DNA of 64,000 nt, taken from Phoronis australis (taxonomy: Eukaryota; Animalia; Phoronida). Below, piece by piece: positions 24,794 to 37,715 of this stretch. The DNA lies in NCBI GenBank assembly GCA_002633005.1, contig NMRA01000319.1, positions 413,546-477,545 of the forward strand, in the 5' to 3' direction. The notes beneath the pieces are model-generated. The model ran no database searches, had not been told where the DNA came from, and was given only the letters and a program-made list of their open reading frames with translations. A program made the position numbers and the translations under genes. Within the stretch, counting starts at the first letter, position 1. Every line of letters begins with the position of its first letter.

Positions 24794-27491
24794 CATCATG
24801 GTGAAATGCAGTTTTAAATTTAAGTCAATAGAAGTTTAAAGCAAAAATTCGAGTAAGCGACATGTTTAAGTCTTAAACCTCACAGTATATTTATAAAAAT
24901 GTAAGTTTAAAGCCCTCATGCATTGAAACATGGTGCTGCGCAATGTTTGAGCTCTTCTGAGTCATGTTTAAAATCTTGAGTCACGTTTAAAAAGCTTAAA
25001 GCCTATCTTGAACGGTAACTCTTGTAAACTTGGATCCTACAGTATGTTAAGAGCATCACTCTGAGCCCACTAGTGCCATAAATTGTCAAATGTAACGAAC
25101 TGTTTGGCATATTGGTTTGCTTTTGTCTATGTCACATCGAGAATCACCTTTTAATTCAAAAATCTGCGAATAACACCCGCACGTAATGGTGTTATGTTCA
25201 GACCCCTATTCAAAACAACTGTTATAGACCTCTTTTTGTTTGCGCATGGATCTCGTGGTGATGCAATAAGGCGGGAAAGGCCGCTTCACCTATCTTTTGA
25301 CGGGCCTACATTTGCGTACTTAAATTCGCGTTTTTCTTATTTTGCTAAGGCTTTGCTAGGAGTACCTGGTTAGCCCAATGCATCTAAAATAACAAAATTC
25401 TTTTGAAGTTAGGCTTTAAATTTTGTCTGCTTTACAAGATGTATGATTGGAATACCTTTGAAGAGTGGCACTTACTTTTATTTTTTATTCTTTTGCTTCA
25501 AAAATGTAAGTAACAAAAATAATGTGGAGCTTCAAATGTTGACATAAATTTGCGTAAAGGAAAATTAGGACGCGAAAACACGGTTCGCAGTTGTCACCTT
25601 GTTTAGAACTTCGCTTCAGAAAAAACGTGTGTTTGTTGTTGATGACAGCAGTTTGATGAAACACACCCGAGATAAACTTAATGACTGTGTAATTACTCCT
25701 GGCTCAGGTACAAATTGTTTGCTCGTCACTTGATTGTTTCGCAAATGCTTTAGGATTGGCATCGCGGTGGTCTGTTTGTCGACTTCTCGTTTCCAATTTA
25801 ATTGTCATATGAAAGTTAGCATGGTTCGCAATGTGCACAGCCCAGTGGCAGACCTAGGATACCATAAGGGGGAACCCAACATGTTGCCTCGGGGAATTGG
25901 GCAAAGCGCTATTGTATGTGCACAGGCGGCCCGAAAGATGCGGGGGCCGGGGATGTGGACTTTCTGTTCAGAAAATCTATCGGTGGACCAAAAAAACCCG
26001 CCGCAATCTGGGATCTGAGCCCCCCCCCATCCGCTACCGGTCCTAGTTACTGAACTCAATATTTCCTCACGCTGTTGCTGTTTCATTTTGCTNCATCATG
26101 GTGAAATGAAGTTTAAAGCAAAAATTCGAGTAAACGACATGTTTAAGTCTTAAACCTCACAGTACATTTATAAGAATATAAGTTTAAAGCCCACATGTAT
26201 TGAAACATGGTGCTGCGCATTGTTTGAGAAGCTGTTGTGAGTCATGTTTAAAATCTTGAGCCACATTTAAAAAGCTCTGAGCCATGTTTAAAATCTTGAG
26301 CCATGTTTAAAAAGCTTAAATCCTATCTTGAACGGTAAATTTGGATCCTACAGTATGTTAAGAGCATCGCTCTGAGCCCACTAGTTCCATAAATTGTCAA
26401 ATGTAATGAACTGTTTGGCGTATTGGTTTGCTTTTGTCTGTCACAGCGAGAATCACCTTTTAATTAAAAAATCTGCGAATAACACCCGCACGTAATGGTG
26501 TTCTGTTCAGACCCCTATTCAAAACAACTGTATAGATCTCTTTTTGTTTGCGCATGGATCTCGCGGTGACGCAATAAGGTGGGAAAAGCCGCTTCACCTA
26601 TCCTTTGACGGGCCTACATTTGTGTGCTTAAATTCGCGTTTTTATTTTGCTAAGGCTTTGCTAGGAGTACCTGGTTAGCCCAATACATCTACCGTAAAAT
26701 AACAAAATTCTTTTGAAGTTAGGCTTTAAATTTTGTCTGCTTTACAAGATGTATGATTGGAATACCTTTGAAGAGCGGCACTTACTTTTATTTTTTATTC
26801 GTTTGCTTCAAAAATGTAAGTAACGAAAATAATGTGGAGCTTCAAATGTTGCCATAAATTTGCATAAAGGAAAATTAGGACGCGAAAACACGGTTCGCAG
26901 TTTTCACCTTGTTTAGAACTTCGCATCAGAAAAACCGTGTGCGTGTTGTTGATGATGGCAGTTTGATGAAACACACGCGAGATAAACTTAATGGCTGTGT
27001 AATTACACCTGGCTCAGGTACAAATTGTTTGCTCGTCACTCGATTGTTTCGCAAATGCTTTAGGATTGGCATCGCGGTGGTCTGTTTGTCGAGTTCTCGT
27101 TTCCAATTTAATTGCCAAATTGTTGTCTGCGGATGTGAAAATCCAATAAACCTATCAACTGATCATCTTTGCGGTGTATTCTTGCATCGTTTTACCTTTG
27201 TTGTCATATGGAAGTTAGCATGGTTCGCAATGTGCACAGCCCAGTGGAAGACCTAGGATACCATAAGGGGGGACCCAACATGTTGCCTCGGGGAATTGGG
27301 CAAAGTGCTACTGTATGTGCACAGGCGGCCCGAAAGATGCGGGGGCCGGGGATGTGGACTTTCTGTTCAGAAAATTATCGGTGTACCAAAAAAAACGTCG
27401 CAATCTGGGATCTGAGCCCCCCCCCCTATCCGTTACCGGTCCTAGTTACTGAACTCAATATTTCCTCACGCTGTTGCTGTTTCATTTTGCT
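24794..27491 (+). repeat. ~1.3-kb direct tandem duplication (24794-26092 / 26094-27491) joined by one N
   Basis: Both copies begin catcatggtgaaatg and end ctgtttcattttgct; scattered SNPs and indels between them. Confidence 0.95.
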
Positions 27492-27541
27492 TGCAACAGC
27501 CAAAGGGGGGCCTGCCCCCCCCCTCCCTAAATCCGCCTATG
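27242..27541. mobile_element. GC-rich MITE-like element (truncated duplicate at 25843-26092)
   Basis: cagtgg(c/a)agacctagg...cctaaatccgcctatg imperfect TIRs. Confidence 0.55.
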
Positions 27542-29804
27542 CAACTTACTTCGCTCTGTCTGTTCCAAATCTCCATTGTGGTGTACATGCTTAACCCTTG
27601 CTTTTTAATACAAAATTATTATTAATTAGTGAGGAAATTGATCTTGCCACACTGATATCAACTATTCTAAATTGGAGATAAACAATATAAAGGCGGTGGC
27701 CTATTCAATTTCAATAACACGCAAGTTCAAATCACAAAATTTTCAAAATCAACTTAAAAATTCAAAGCACATACCATCGTACAGATTAGGATATAGAATC
27801 TCTGTTTATTAAAACATTGTTAAATCGGTGATTTTTGTTAAAAAAATTTTAACTCATTGTAATTTCTTAAATACAAGTGGCCAGAAATAGATTCTAGATG
27901 GTGGGATCTTCCTGACCACCCCCTGGGGCCTGTATCTCGGTGAGTATATAGCCAAAAGTTTTTTTTTTGTCCTTTGGTTTTGGCTTTTAGTCTAACCAAG
28001 CAGGGTATGTATTTGTCTTTTGGCTTCAAGGTGTAGACAGGCTTTCCAACTTTTAGCCCAACCTGTTCTTGTAAAACGAATCAAACCTTCTGTTGACTGA
28101 TTTTTAGCTAAAGACAATAGACTCTTCAAGAAACGGTGACGTCACATTTTCCATCCTTATTAGTCTGCTATGGAGTGCTATGATCCTTTGGGAAAGTTTT
28201 GGATTTGCTTCATTTAGTTTTTATATACTTATTTTCCAAGAATTTTTATTCTGGAATCACTATGCAAATTTCCCGCATTTTGTGCAATGTCTTAACTGAT
28301 TAATTACAATGTTCTCTTGTGGACCATGTCTGGAAAGATGGAAGTGATTTGTTGACTCACCCGGTGCTAGTGCACCTGCTTAAACCAAACATTACGTAAT
28401 CGCCAGTCTTTGTTGGGCCTGAATGTCTAAATCCCTGCTGTATTTATACCCCACCTACCCCAACCAAACAGTCTTTGTGAGGGGTTATTCCCCCTCCAAA
28501 AAGACTCATTGTTGGCCAGGGGAAGCTAGGTCAACTTCATGAAGATACAGTATCCTGCTGTGTATTGACACATTTGCCTTCAACCAGCATAGTGCTGGAC
28601 AGTGTGATATGTTCTCACATGCAAACACAGTGTCTTAGAGATGCTCATGTTTGCTCCGAAGATTTGCATCCAGGCTGTGAGACCAAAACCCGATACTTCC
28701 TGTGTGTCTTGGTGAGAGAAGGAAGTGAAATTTCACACCACACAAAGGAAGCCATCAAGTCTCAGCTTTGGCTACTGCAGTGAACTTAGAGTGTGATCAT
28801 CGCTAAACAGATCTGAGGGTAATATATTTTGCCACAATATTCGCGATTACCATTGTTGACTGAGCACTGATGGGTGGACAGAAACTAAAGCCCTTGGCTG
28901 CAATTGATACAATTTGGTGACATTGGGATCATGTGCTGAGAAGGCTTTATCAGTTGTGTCAATAAAGTACATCAGCAGTGTTGATTTAATTGTTTTTGTT
29001 AGCACCCTGCCATGGGCTTATTTGGCTGATAACTGGTGACCTTGAGGGAGGAAACTCACTTGGATCGGATCGTTGTGTACAGTTATGGTCAGGAATAATT
29101 GGGTTACGCTGGATTCTAATAGAAGACTGATTTTAAGTGCCACATGTTGCATGGGCTGAAGTGACCTTGACTTTGCGACCTTTATTGGATTTGTGTCTGG
29201 AAGAGTGATGTGAACTATAAACTATTCATTCTAACTATTGAGAGAAGTTTGGCTTTTATTTGGTGGAATCTATGTTGGCGTGGCATTGATTCGAACGAAA
29301 CGGCTGAGAAGTTTGTACTTGGACAAAGAACGCTACAAGCATTTGGATTGTAACTTATATTTCCATTTCCCTTGGTCAGTGTTTTCAATTACAAAGTGCA
29401 GGTCATGTGGTCACCACTAAGTGAGAGACCCCAACACTGAGCTCTAGCTGGTGTAATTAGTTCAAGACTGCCATGAGCCCTGGCTGAATCTGGTATTGCC
29501 ATAGCAACCCATTTGCTGGAATTTCATTGGTAGTTGGACTCCCTTGGTCTGTTTGCTCAGCTTTGACTGGTGAATTGTTTCCCTCTGTGTGGGATGCATG
29601 GGTTTGTCAGTGTGGCTCTGTTAGAGCAGTAGCGAATGCTGTGTACATTTGTGCTGTAGTGGCAAAGCTGGAGTTTCATACCCAAGCTCTGTGTTGGTCT
29701 TATAGGTGCTTTTGTGTGGTTCTGACCAATACTTAAAATCTGCATAGTTGACTTGAACTGCGTGAAGTTTTGCTGAAGGTCAGTCATGTACTGAGAACTG
29801 GTAA

Positions 29805-29922
29805 ATGTATGGTGACAGAAAGATGATGGAGGAAAACAGTCTGTCCGTCAATCGTAGCACCCCCTTTTCGAGGGGTTCTTCATTCCGACATTCCCGCCGC
29901 CGACCTACAAGCATATTTTACA
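29805..29922 (+). CDS. Candidate alternative first coding exon of srGAP (MYGDRKMMEENSLSVNRSTPFSRGSSFRHSRRRPTSIFY)
   Basis: aaATG, 39 open codons that are GC/CpG-richer than the flanks, then A|gtaagt consensus donor in phase 1. Confidence 0.6.
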
Positions 29923-31599
29923 GTAAGTTCATTGATTTTTCACGTTATTCTTTTTTACGTCTTAACTTCAATGCACCTGTAATGTAATGTGAATCTTCTT
30001 AAATGTGAACCTGTACTTCCCATTTTGCTTCTCAGCTCTCTAGGAAATTTTCCACCACTGGCACCCATTAAAAGGCGCATTTTGGTCACTTTTCTGGTGT
30101 GCAGCTACTTAGGAATTCGTCATAAATTCTATGGGTTCTTATGGAGGTTTGAGAACCAGTCATTCCCTAATTTTCAGATGAACATTGTTCTTAGATAACT
30201 GGTTTTGGGGCTTCTGTGCCTCGAGACCTGCTCCTCCCAGTTATTAAAGGGATAATCCCCCCCGAGATGTTATCGTCAGTTGCGCATAGTGTCTATATCT
30301 TGTTATGGATCATGGTGATCCAGTTCACTATGATTTGGTGCTTTCCGGATGATTTGACCTCTAGAGTTAGGGGATTGGATTTTAGAGGTCTGTCTCTATC
30401 TCATCCTTGTTCTCATGTACCCACCCCACCGGTTCCAACCCCGGTCGCCGTCACCCCTCATCGGCAATGCCTCAAGTAGCCAAGATCAACTTCTTGCAAA
30501 AGTGATTCGTAACTTCGAGGGAAACTTCAATTATTGGAAGGGAGTTTTTGGACCTGGTGAGGGAAATTATGTAGGATTTTTGGTAATTGTTTACAATAGG
30601 ATGACATTGACCTTAACACACTTGATTTTGGTATAAATAGATTCCTCGCAATGTTATAGTGAAACGTGGCCAATATTCGGCCACAAAATCGAGGTGTCGA
30701 GGGCCCAATTCCTAGAATATTCGTGAGTCACAGAAAATTGTTTCTGTCTAACCAGCCTACATAGCCAAGAGATTAGCACTCCTTTTATTGTTATGGTATT
30801 CACTACATCATCTGGTTAATTAATATGCACTCTCCTGTTTGCCTTCATCATGAACATGGGGGCTTGAATGGAACTGTCTCCTTGACGTCTGTTTTAATCA
30901 CCTGTCCTCATGCATCATGGGTCATATTAGACACTTGTCTCGTCAGTTTTATTGTTGCAAGCCTTTTTTGGCTATGTCATGTGTCTTGAAACCCAGGCAG
31001 GACATTGGATGGATAACTGTTATTCAACAGAGCGAGCAAATTCTTAAAACCAATGGTCTAGGTGTAGAGGAAATTTGCCAAATATTCCTTTTTTACAAAA
31101 AACGTGCGTCATCTGTTCAGGGTTAATGAATTTGTTGTTAAAATCAGAAACTCAAAAATTATGGCTGTTAGCCAAGTACAACCAAACGTGGGTATTGAGG
31201 AATAACATTATTTGACAATTAAGAGGCCTTACTCGACCAAATATGAACTAGGTTACTTTCCAATTCTCATGTTCCAAAATCGTTGCTCTTCATAAGCGGA
31301 GGTATAAAAATGCATTGTATGATTGACCTAGAAATGTAGGGACTATAGTACACCACTGAGCTAAGTTGGACTAGTGAAGAATGTTTTATTACGCCTCACT
31401 TGAATTTTCAATAGCGCTGTAACTCACTCTACAAAAAAATTAAGTTCCCAGCGGTTTAATTTATGGAACACTGATTTGGTCACATGAACATTTGTATTAC
31501 GTTTTACTATATCTTAAGCATGGTCGTTGAATGATGCACCTGTACTCTCTTAAAGGGGCAGTAAACCTGGTTTCTGTCAACAATATATTGTTTTAATTT

Positions 31600-31810
31600 A
31601 GGTCATTCAATACAACTGTTATCGGCCTTTTTTGTTTGGGCTGGGATCTCGCTGTGACACAACATGGCACGAAAAGGCAGCTTCACTTATCATTTGACGG
31701 GCTTACAGTTGCATGATTGAACTTGCGTTTTCTTATTTTACCAAGGGTTTGCTAGGACTATCTGGTTAGCCCAATACATCTAAAATAACAAAATTCCATT
31801 AAAGTTGGAC
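31600..31810 (+). repeat. Dispersed repeat fragment shared with about 25205-25420, 26515-26730 and 17450-17660
   Basis: Shared tttgctagga.ta.ctggttagcccaatacatctaaaataacaaaattc block. Confidence 0.75.
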
Positions 31811-32202
31811 TTTAAGAGTGCAGACTACTGAGGTGGCTTAGAAGCAATGATGGTGTTTGTAAATCCAATGGTAGATTTCATACTTTAATGAGTTATTTTG
31901 TACCAGTGTAATTCTGCAGCCCCCCTCACATATCAATAGAATGTACTTTTTTGTGGTTTAGTGTCAATCAAAAACAGTCCTGCGGACATAGTTTATTAGA
32001 TATTCTTCAGAAAACATAATGAGTGGTGAAAATGAAAACCAAGTGTTTCTATAAGGCAAGTGACGGTCATTGTTGTCGTTAGGTGGTACTCTTGTATCCA
32101 AAAAAGTAAAAATGTTGAATAATTGTAAACAGTCCAAGATTGGACAGGTAAGATGAATACAAAGTAGAGAAAAAATGCACCTTTGATCTATAGCTGTTCA
32201 AA

Positions 32203-32245
32203 ATCACCTGATGAAGAGCTATAGACTAGTTCAAAAGCTCGTGAT
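32203..32245 (+). ncRNA. Degenerate minimal type I hammerhead ribozyme (Penelope-like element remnant)
   Basis: Stem I atcac/gtgat, core CTGATGA, stem II gagcta/tagttc, AAAA in place of GAAA, palindromic AGCT, TC cleavage site. Confidence 0.6.
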
Positions 32246-32654
32246 GTGATAGGTTTTGTATTGTTGGATAACAAAGATGCATTGTGTATCCTATTTGATT
32301 TTTATTAGAACCTGAAATTGCCAGTAAGTTTCAAAAGGCAAACAGTCTCAGGTTGTGTAGTCTGTTTATAAGTGGTTGTCCGTAATTTCTGTGAATTTCA
32401 AACGCATGCATTATGTATGCTAGAGTGTGGGAGTTGACAGTGGGCGTACGCTTTCGAAATTTCAGAACCTGCTGAAAATTGTCGACAGGAAGACAATCAA
32501 TACTTTGAAAGTACCCTTTGTGGGGGAGTTAGGTTGTCTGCAAAAAAACCCTACGATTTGTATACTTCTGTAAATGTTTGATACTGTTGGATGATGGACG
32601 TGTCAGAATGTCACCATTAACTTGCCTTCACCAGTGGAGGACCTTTAGGTCACG

Positions 32655-32946
32655 GGGGTTTGTTTCATGCAAAGGGACTTAAAGACCTTAAGGCAGAATT
32701 TTAGGCTTAAGCTCCCATTTCACAATTGTTGAATAAAGGTTTGACTAAGTATAGTTATACCAGAAAAGCACCGTTTAGAAATATTTTATCAAAAAATATC
32801 TTGGCTTTCAGCGGATATGCGCATATTCTCGAACTTTTTTTGCTCAAATGAGAACTGTTTTTTGTTAGAACTAGTTGTGTGGAGCGCAATATAAGAAGGC
32901 ACATTTCTGACCTAAGTCTAAAGTCACTTTTCATGAAATAAACCCC
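32655..32946. mobile_element. MITE with ~45-bp imperfect TIRs (Harbinger-like ends)
   Basis: ggggtttgtttcatgcaaagggacttaaagac... versus ...gtctaaagtcacttttcatgaaataaacccc. Confidence 0.75.
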
Positions 32947-35900
32947 TGGATTGGCATCAGTAGATATGGAAACATTCCGTTTATAACTAGTGTGGTTAAG
33001 AAAAGAAATGCAAGAAAAGTGGGGCCATATTCCTCAACCCTTGGAGCCTGTTTGAAGTGGTTGAATAAAGTCCCATAACCCCCTCAGGCAGCTAGATGGT
33101 GTTAGGGATTTATTTTGATAGGGATAATTCTGTCCATGTGTTATGAGTAGATCCACTCCACATATCTCCAACAGTCTTTTGTGATCTGGCTTGGCTATGA
33201 GAACGACACTGAAGAGTTAATTTTTTCACCAGTTGATTTTTTTATCTGTTTTACAACATTTGAATGGTTGTATTCCTGCTGGTGGATTAGTGTGTTAAGC
33301 CACTGATGTATCCCGTTCACACCAAAGCAGTAAAAGCTTCTAAAACTGATTTAATCTCGGTGTGAACACTTAAAAATTGGTTTTAAAGCCCAAACAAGAG
33401 CATGGTCTTAACCCCTAAGTGTGAAGATGGTTTAGCGATAGGCTGGGTTCGCTCTAAGTATTCGATAAAACTCCATCGCTATTCCTCGTTTTTATTTACG
33501 TTTGCTCTTGCTACAATGCGTTAAAACTTGTGTACGAATTATTTTTGACTGTTGTATAGATTCTGTGTCGTGAATGTCCTAATGAGGAGAAATCGTGATT
33601 TCATTTAAACGACAGGAAAGCTGACCCAGTTTACTAGTACAAAATCCTTACCAGATCAGTGTTGCACAACTTGGAAAGCACCTGATAGAAATGACTGTTA
33701 TAGATAGAGAAACACATGGCCTTTGTCAATTTCATGGATAATTGAACAGCCCTTGAGAGTATGAGAATTTCCCAGTGCAACTTGAAAATCCCCTGGCACA
33801 CACAGATCCCAGGTCGCTTGGGATACTTTTCGGTATTCTCAAGAAATATGAAGTTGGGACATTTTTAAGTGATGTGGCTCGTATCATTTGGGTTGGGATG
33901 CCCTGGTCTGAAGCGTGCTACTAGTGCATGGTAGCCAAAATCTTGGCTAATATTTCCAAATTTCAGGTCGCATTCCACAGTTTTTGTTCCCTGCCAGGGG
34001 GACTTTAGCACATCTTCATCGTGTGGCAAAAATGCATTGTTGAGTTGACTAGACCAAGAAATTGAACGGACAAGTACTGGGGAATTGCCCTAACGCAAAC
34101 TGCAGCTCATAATGTCAAACCCTGTTGAAGATTGGTTCTTTTTAGTTGCTTGAGATTTGTTTTGGCACCCTGGCCAAATGTAACAGCAAAATGCCAGTTG
34201 ATCTAGTAAAATGTCATGGCGTTCCAGAAATAACCCCAGTGTATGCTGTGTTACCTTTAGTGTCTTCTTAAATATCCTTCAGTTGTAACAACAGTTTAGG
34301 CCAGACAAGATTGATTATCGTTATCTTAGGGGCCGTTAATCGCCATCAATGAGTAATTAAAAGCTATGTTTCCTTTGGCTAAAGGAAAGTTCCAGGACCT
34401 GGCACTGGAAAATGTGTATTTTTCTCAATAAACTTCTGAGTCTAGGAGTGAGTCAAGACCAGAGTTGTGATAATGTGATTTTCTAGTCTGTGATTTGTAA
34501 CTTGTAGAATGGGGGACAACACCACTTTGATTGAGCACTCAAATTTATTTTGTGACAAAGACATGTCACACTCATGCACTCTGGTCAATTGAGGCTATGT
34601 ACCAAGATGGCCACTGTGGCAGACATTTTGCTTAAATTCAAACATTACAAATTGGATGGCTTTTTATACATTGGACAAGAGACACTAGCTATTTTTTCAC
34701 AGTGATTACGGCTCATTGTTTGTGAATTACCAGCTGCAAAATCACCTGTATGATTAATTATTACCCTCACTTAGTGCTTAACAATTCCTTTGTCTGGTTC
34801 AGTTTTAATAAAAATGCACCTAAATTGTACCCAATGACTGGCATTCTGACTTATTTGCAATATTGACAGATGACGTCTGCTTTTGATAGCTTGCCAAAGG
34901 CAATTCAGCTTGAAGCGTTTTCTGAGATTTTCAATCGGGAGTCTTCTGGTTATACTACAAGGTATGCGTGTTAGGATGTGGGGGATACAGCTTTTCCATT
35001 TGCATGTAGCACTGGCCACAGATGTGGTGGTCACTGATAAACTGGCCCAGTTAGAATTAGTGCCCTTAGCCCTAACTGCCCTGTTTATTTTTACAAGTTA
35101 AATCCAAGACATTGTTTTGAATACCAATGGCTTGAAGTTGTCATGCAAAAACATCAGGGGCATGATTGACTATGGCTCACTTACAAAAGCTTCTCATGAC
35201 AGTTTGGGTTGTCACTGTACTGGTTGTCTTATGCCCCCACATTCAGTTGTCTAAGTTTGAATTTTGTTGCCATTCTGGATACAAGAGGTGTGGTCTCAAG
35301 AACTCTAAACCTGGTTAGTGTGAGTGGACTCCATTTTTGGTCCCATCATACTATCGCCTATACTTGATGGTTGGCCCTCAGTCTCGCCAGTCAACTATTA
35401 CCAATTGTTAACCCAAATGTCATCAAGGGAAGTGTGAAATTGCCAATTCTCATTTATTCCATGTTTGTTGTGATTGATGATTTTCTGTCGCAGAAAATTG
35501 TTCATTTGTTCTCTCATGAGCTTGTCTGGTGTGATTGACATTCTTCGCTGGCTCGTTAAATTCATGTTCTGAAAAGTCGTAACCTTGCTGTGAAATAAAA
35601 AAGCTGGTGTTGAATTATCATGTTTAGAATTGGCTGCGACAAATTACCAACTTTCCAGTCCCTTGACACACTCCTGACAAGTTGAGTACTTGCTGCACCC
35701 CACGCTGTTGGTCGATGAGAGCTGATCAATAATTTCCGGTACTTTGAGAGGTTGTTCAAATTGAGCATGAAATTCCTTGTGTCAACAGTTTCACTCTAGG
35801 ATGCCAGAAGTTGCTTTTCTCCCGGGAACTGCGGAGACCTGAGGCTTTTCCAGGCTAACTAGTGTTTTTGGATACAAATTAAAAATTTTCTGCTCATTGC

Positions 35901-37598
35901 TAATTTGATCTGACGTTTTCAGTCCACGGAATTCACAAATCCCTTCAAGATTTGGCCAATAAAGTTGTGTCATTAAGTCGTCCATTTGATCCCCGTAGGT
36001 CCTGTTTTGTGGCGAGTCTGTCTGATTCGGGTGGATCGGAGGTCATGTTATGGGTCCGGAGGTCGTGTTGTTTCTCACCCCCGTTAAAAAAGCCATTCAT
36101 GTTGGATAAGGATAATTTGGCAGAATCTCTGTAGGGATGTGACATGAAGGTATCATTTTGCTCTTGGATGGATAAATGCCTTTATGACTTGAATCGGCAC
36201 TGCCCGTTCAGTGAATGGTAATTGGTTAATCCTGTCAGGATGCCGTCCATTGGTAGATTTAGGGAGCACAGCCAACCCATTTCCACTTTCCAGGAAAGAA
36301 TGGCACCCCCCAATTTCCTAGTTATGAGCACGTATGTGTTACTTTTCACGAGACCATATCCTGGAATACGAGTAGCGAATACGCTATCACTCGGAGCAAA
36401 CATTTTCGCCTGTGTCATTGCTGCAGGAGATTGAAGTGTATCTGATGAAATTGTAGCTTCCCCCATATTGCTTTTGCAACTGGTGTTGTCTGTCACACAT
36501 GACAAAACAATGGTGATGTAATAGTGTATGGGTTGGGACTAGTTCCAGACAGCTGGATGTCAGTGTGGGTAGTGCTGGTGACATTGACATGCTGGTTTGA
36601 AGGGCAGTTGTGGCATCTTTCTAAACTCAGAGATTAAATTTGTATGAGAGGGAGGGGGGAGGGGGAGGGAGGCGTAGTATATTGCATACGATCGTGAGAA
36701 ATGCCGGAGTTTCACGTTTTTACTAGAGGAAGACGTTTTCCATTTTTATGAGTTGAAGCTTTGTTGCTGTACGCATCTCAGCATGCTATTGAGAATTCTC
36801 GTTTGTTTCAATGTTACGAGTGGAAATATTAAAATTTAGAAAATAATTCAGTGTATGTACTGGGAAGTGTCCACCATCCCTGTTGTTACTAGATGATGGA
36901 TGACAAGCTCTTGGTTTGTTAGTCACCCCCCCCCCCCATACATTCCTGTCTAATGATTGATTGAAAGTCGTTGGAGGGTAAGAATAGGTCTAATTTCTGT
37001 AGTACTAGTGCTGGAATTCACAAAATTCAATCTTGAAGGTTTTCCAAGACTGTGTCAGAAGCTTGGCTTGCTTAAAACGTGGTACAGTTTACTCCAGTTT
37101 TGACTGATGTTACAAACTTTTTTTAAGGTCGGATCCTGCGGCCAATGTAGCATGGTTGTTTCACATTTTTTTGGAAAATCAAGTAAAGAAACGAAAGTGA
37201 TGCCGCATCACCTGGCAAATCACACTGTTTGAAACCTTGGCTTATACGCCCATGTGCAGCTTTATAAAAAACGATGCCTTGATAAAAATTGATTCAGGTG
37301 TGTTTTTTCTAGTAGGGAAGCACAGGTCTCAAAATGTATTTTCTTTACCTACTAGGAAACATTTTACACATAAATCTTCAATCTTGTGAGAGCGCAAAAA
37401 TCTGTTTCACTCTACCCAATTCTGATTCGCAAGACAGGCAGTCAGCGAAACTGACTGGGGAAAAGCGCCATTTCTTTCATTCGTGGGAATTTTGACTATA
37501 GTTTTGCATGAATAGTTTGAACGTTCTTCCACACAATGGCAATTTGATGGAATGGGGACAGAATTCTTTTAAAAAAACACTGGAAAGTATCCTACCTT

Positions 37599-37715
37599 AC
37601 TGGCGAATTCAGGGGGTCCGGACCCCTCTTTCCCTTGACCTTAGTGATATCAAATTTAGAATTTTCAAATTGTTGACTTCGACCCCTCTTTTAAAAAATC
37701 CTGGATCAGCCCCTG
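37599..37715. mobile_element. Short MITE, same family as 21016-21171
   Basis: Shared gtgatatcaaat..gaattttcaaattgttgactt.gacccc and aaaaatcctggatc. Confidence 0.7.

Noticed and set aside
25734-27594. Pair of similar ORFs (MVRNVHSPV...)
   Set aside because: They lie in a GC-rich MITE within the duplicated block, their frames differ between copies, and no domain is recognisable
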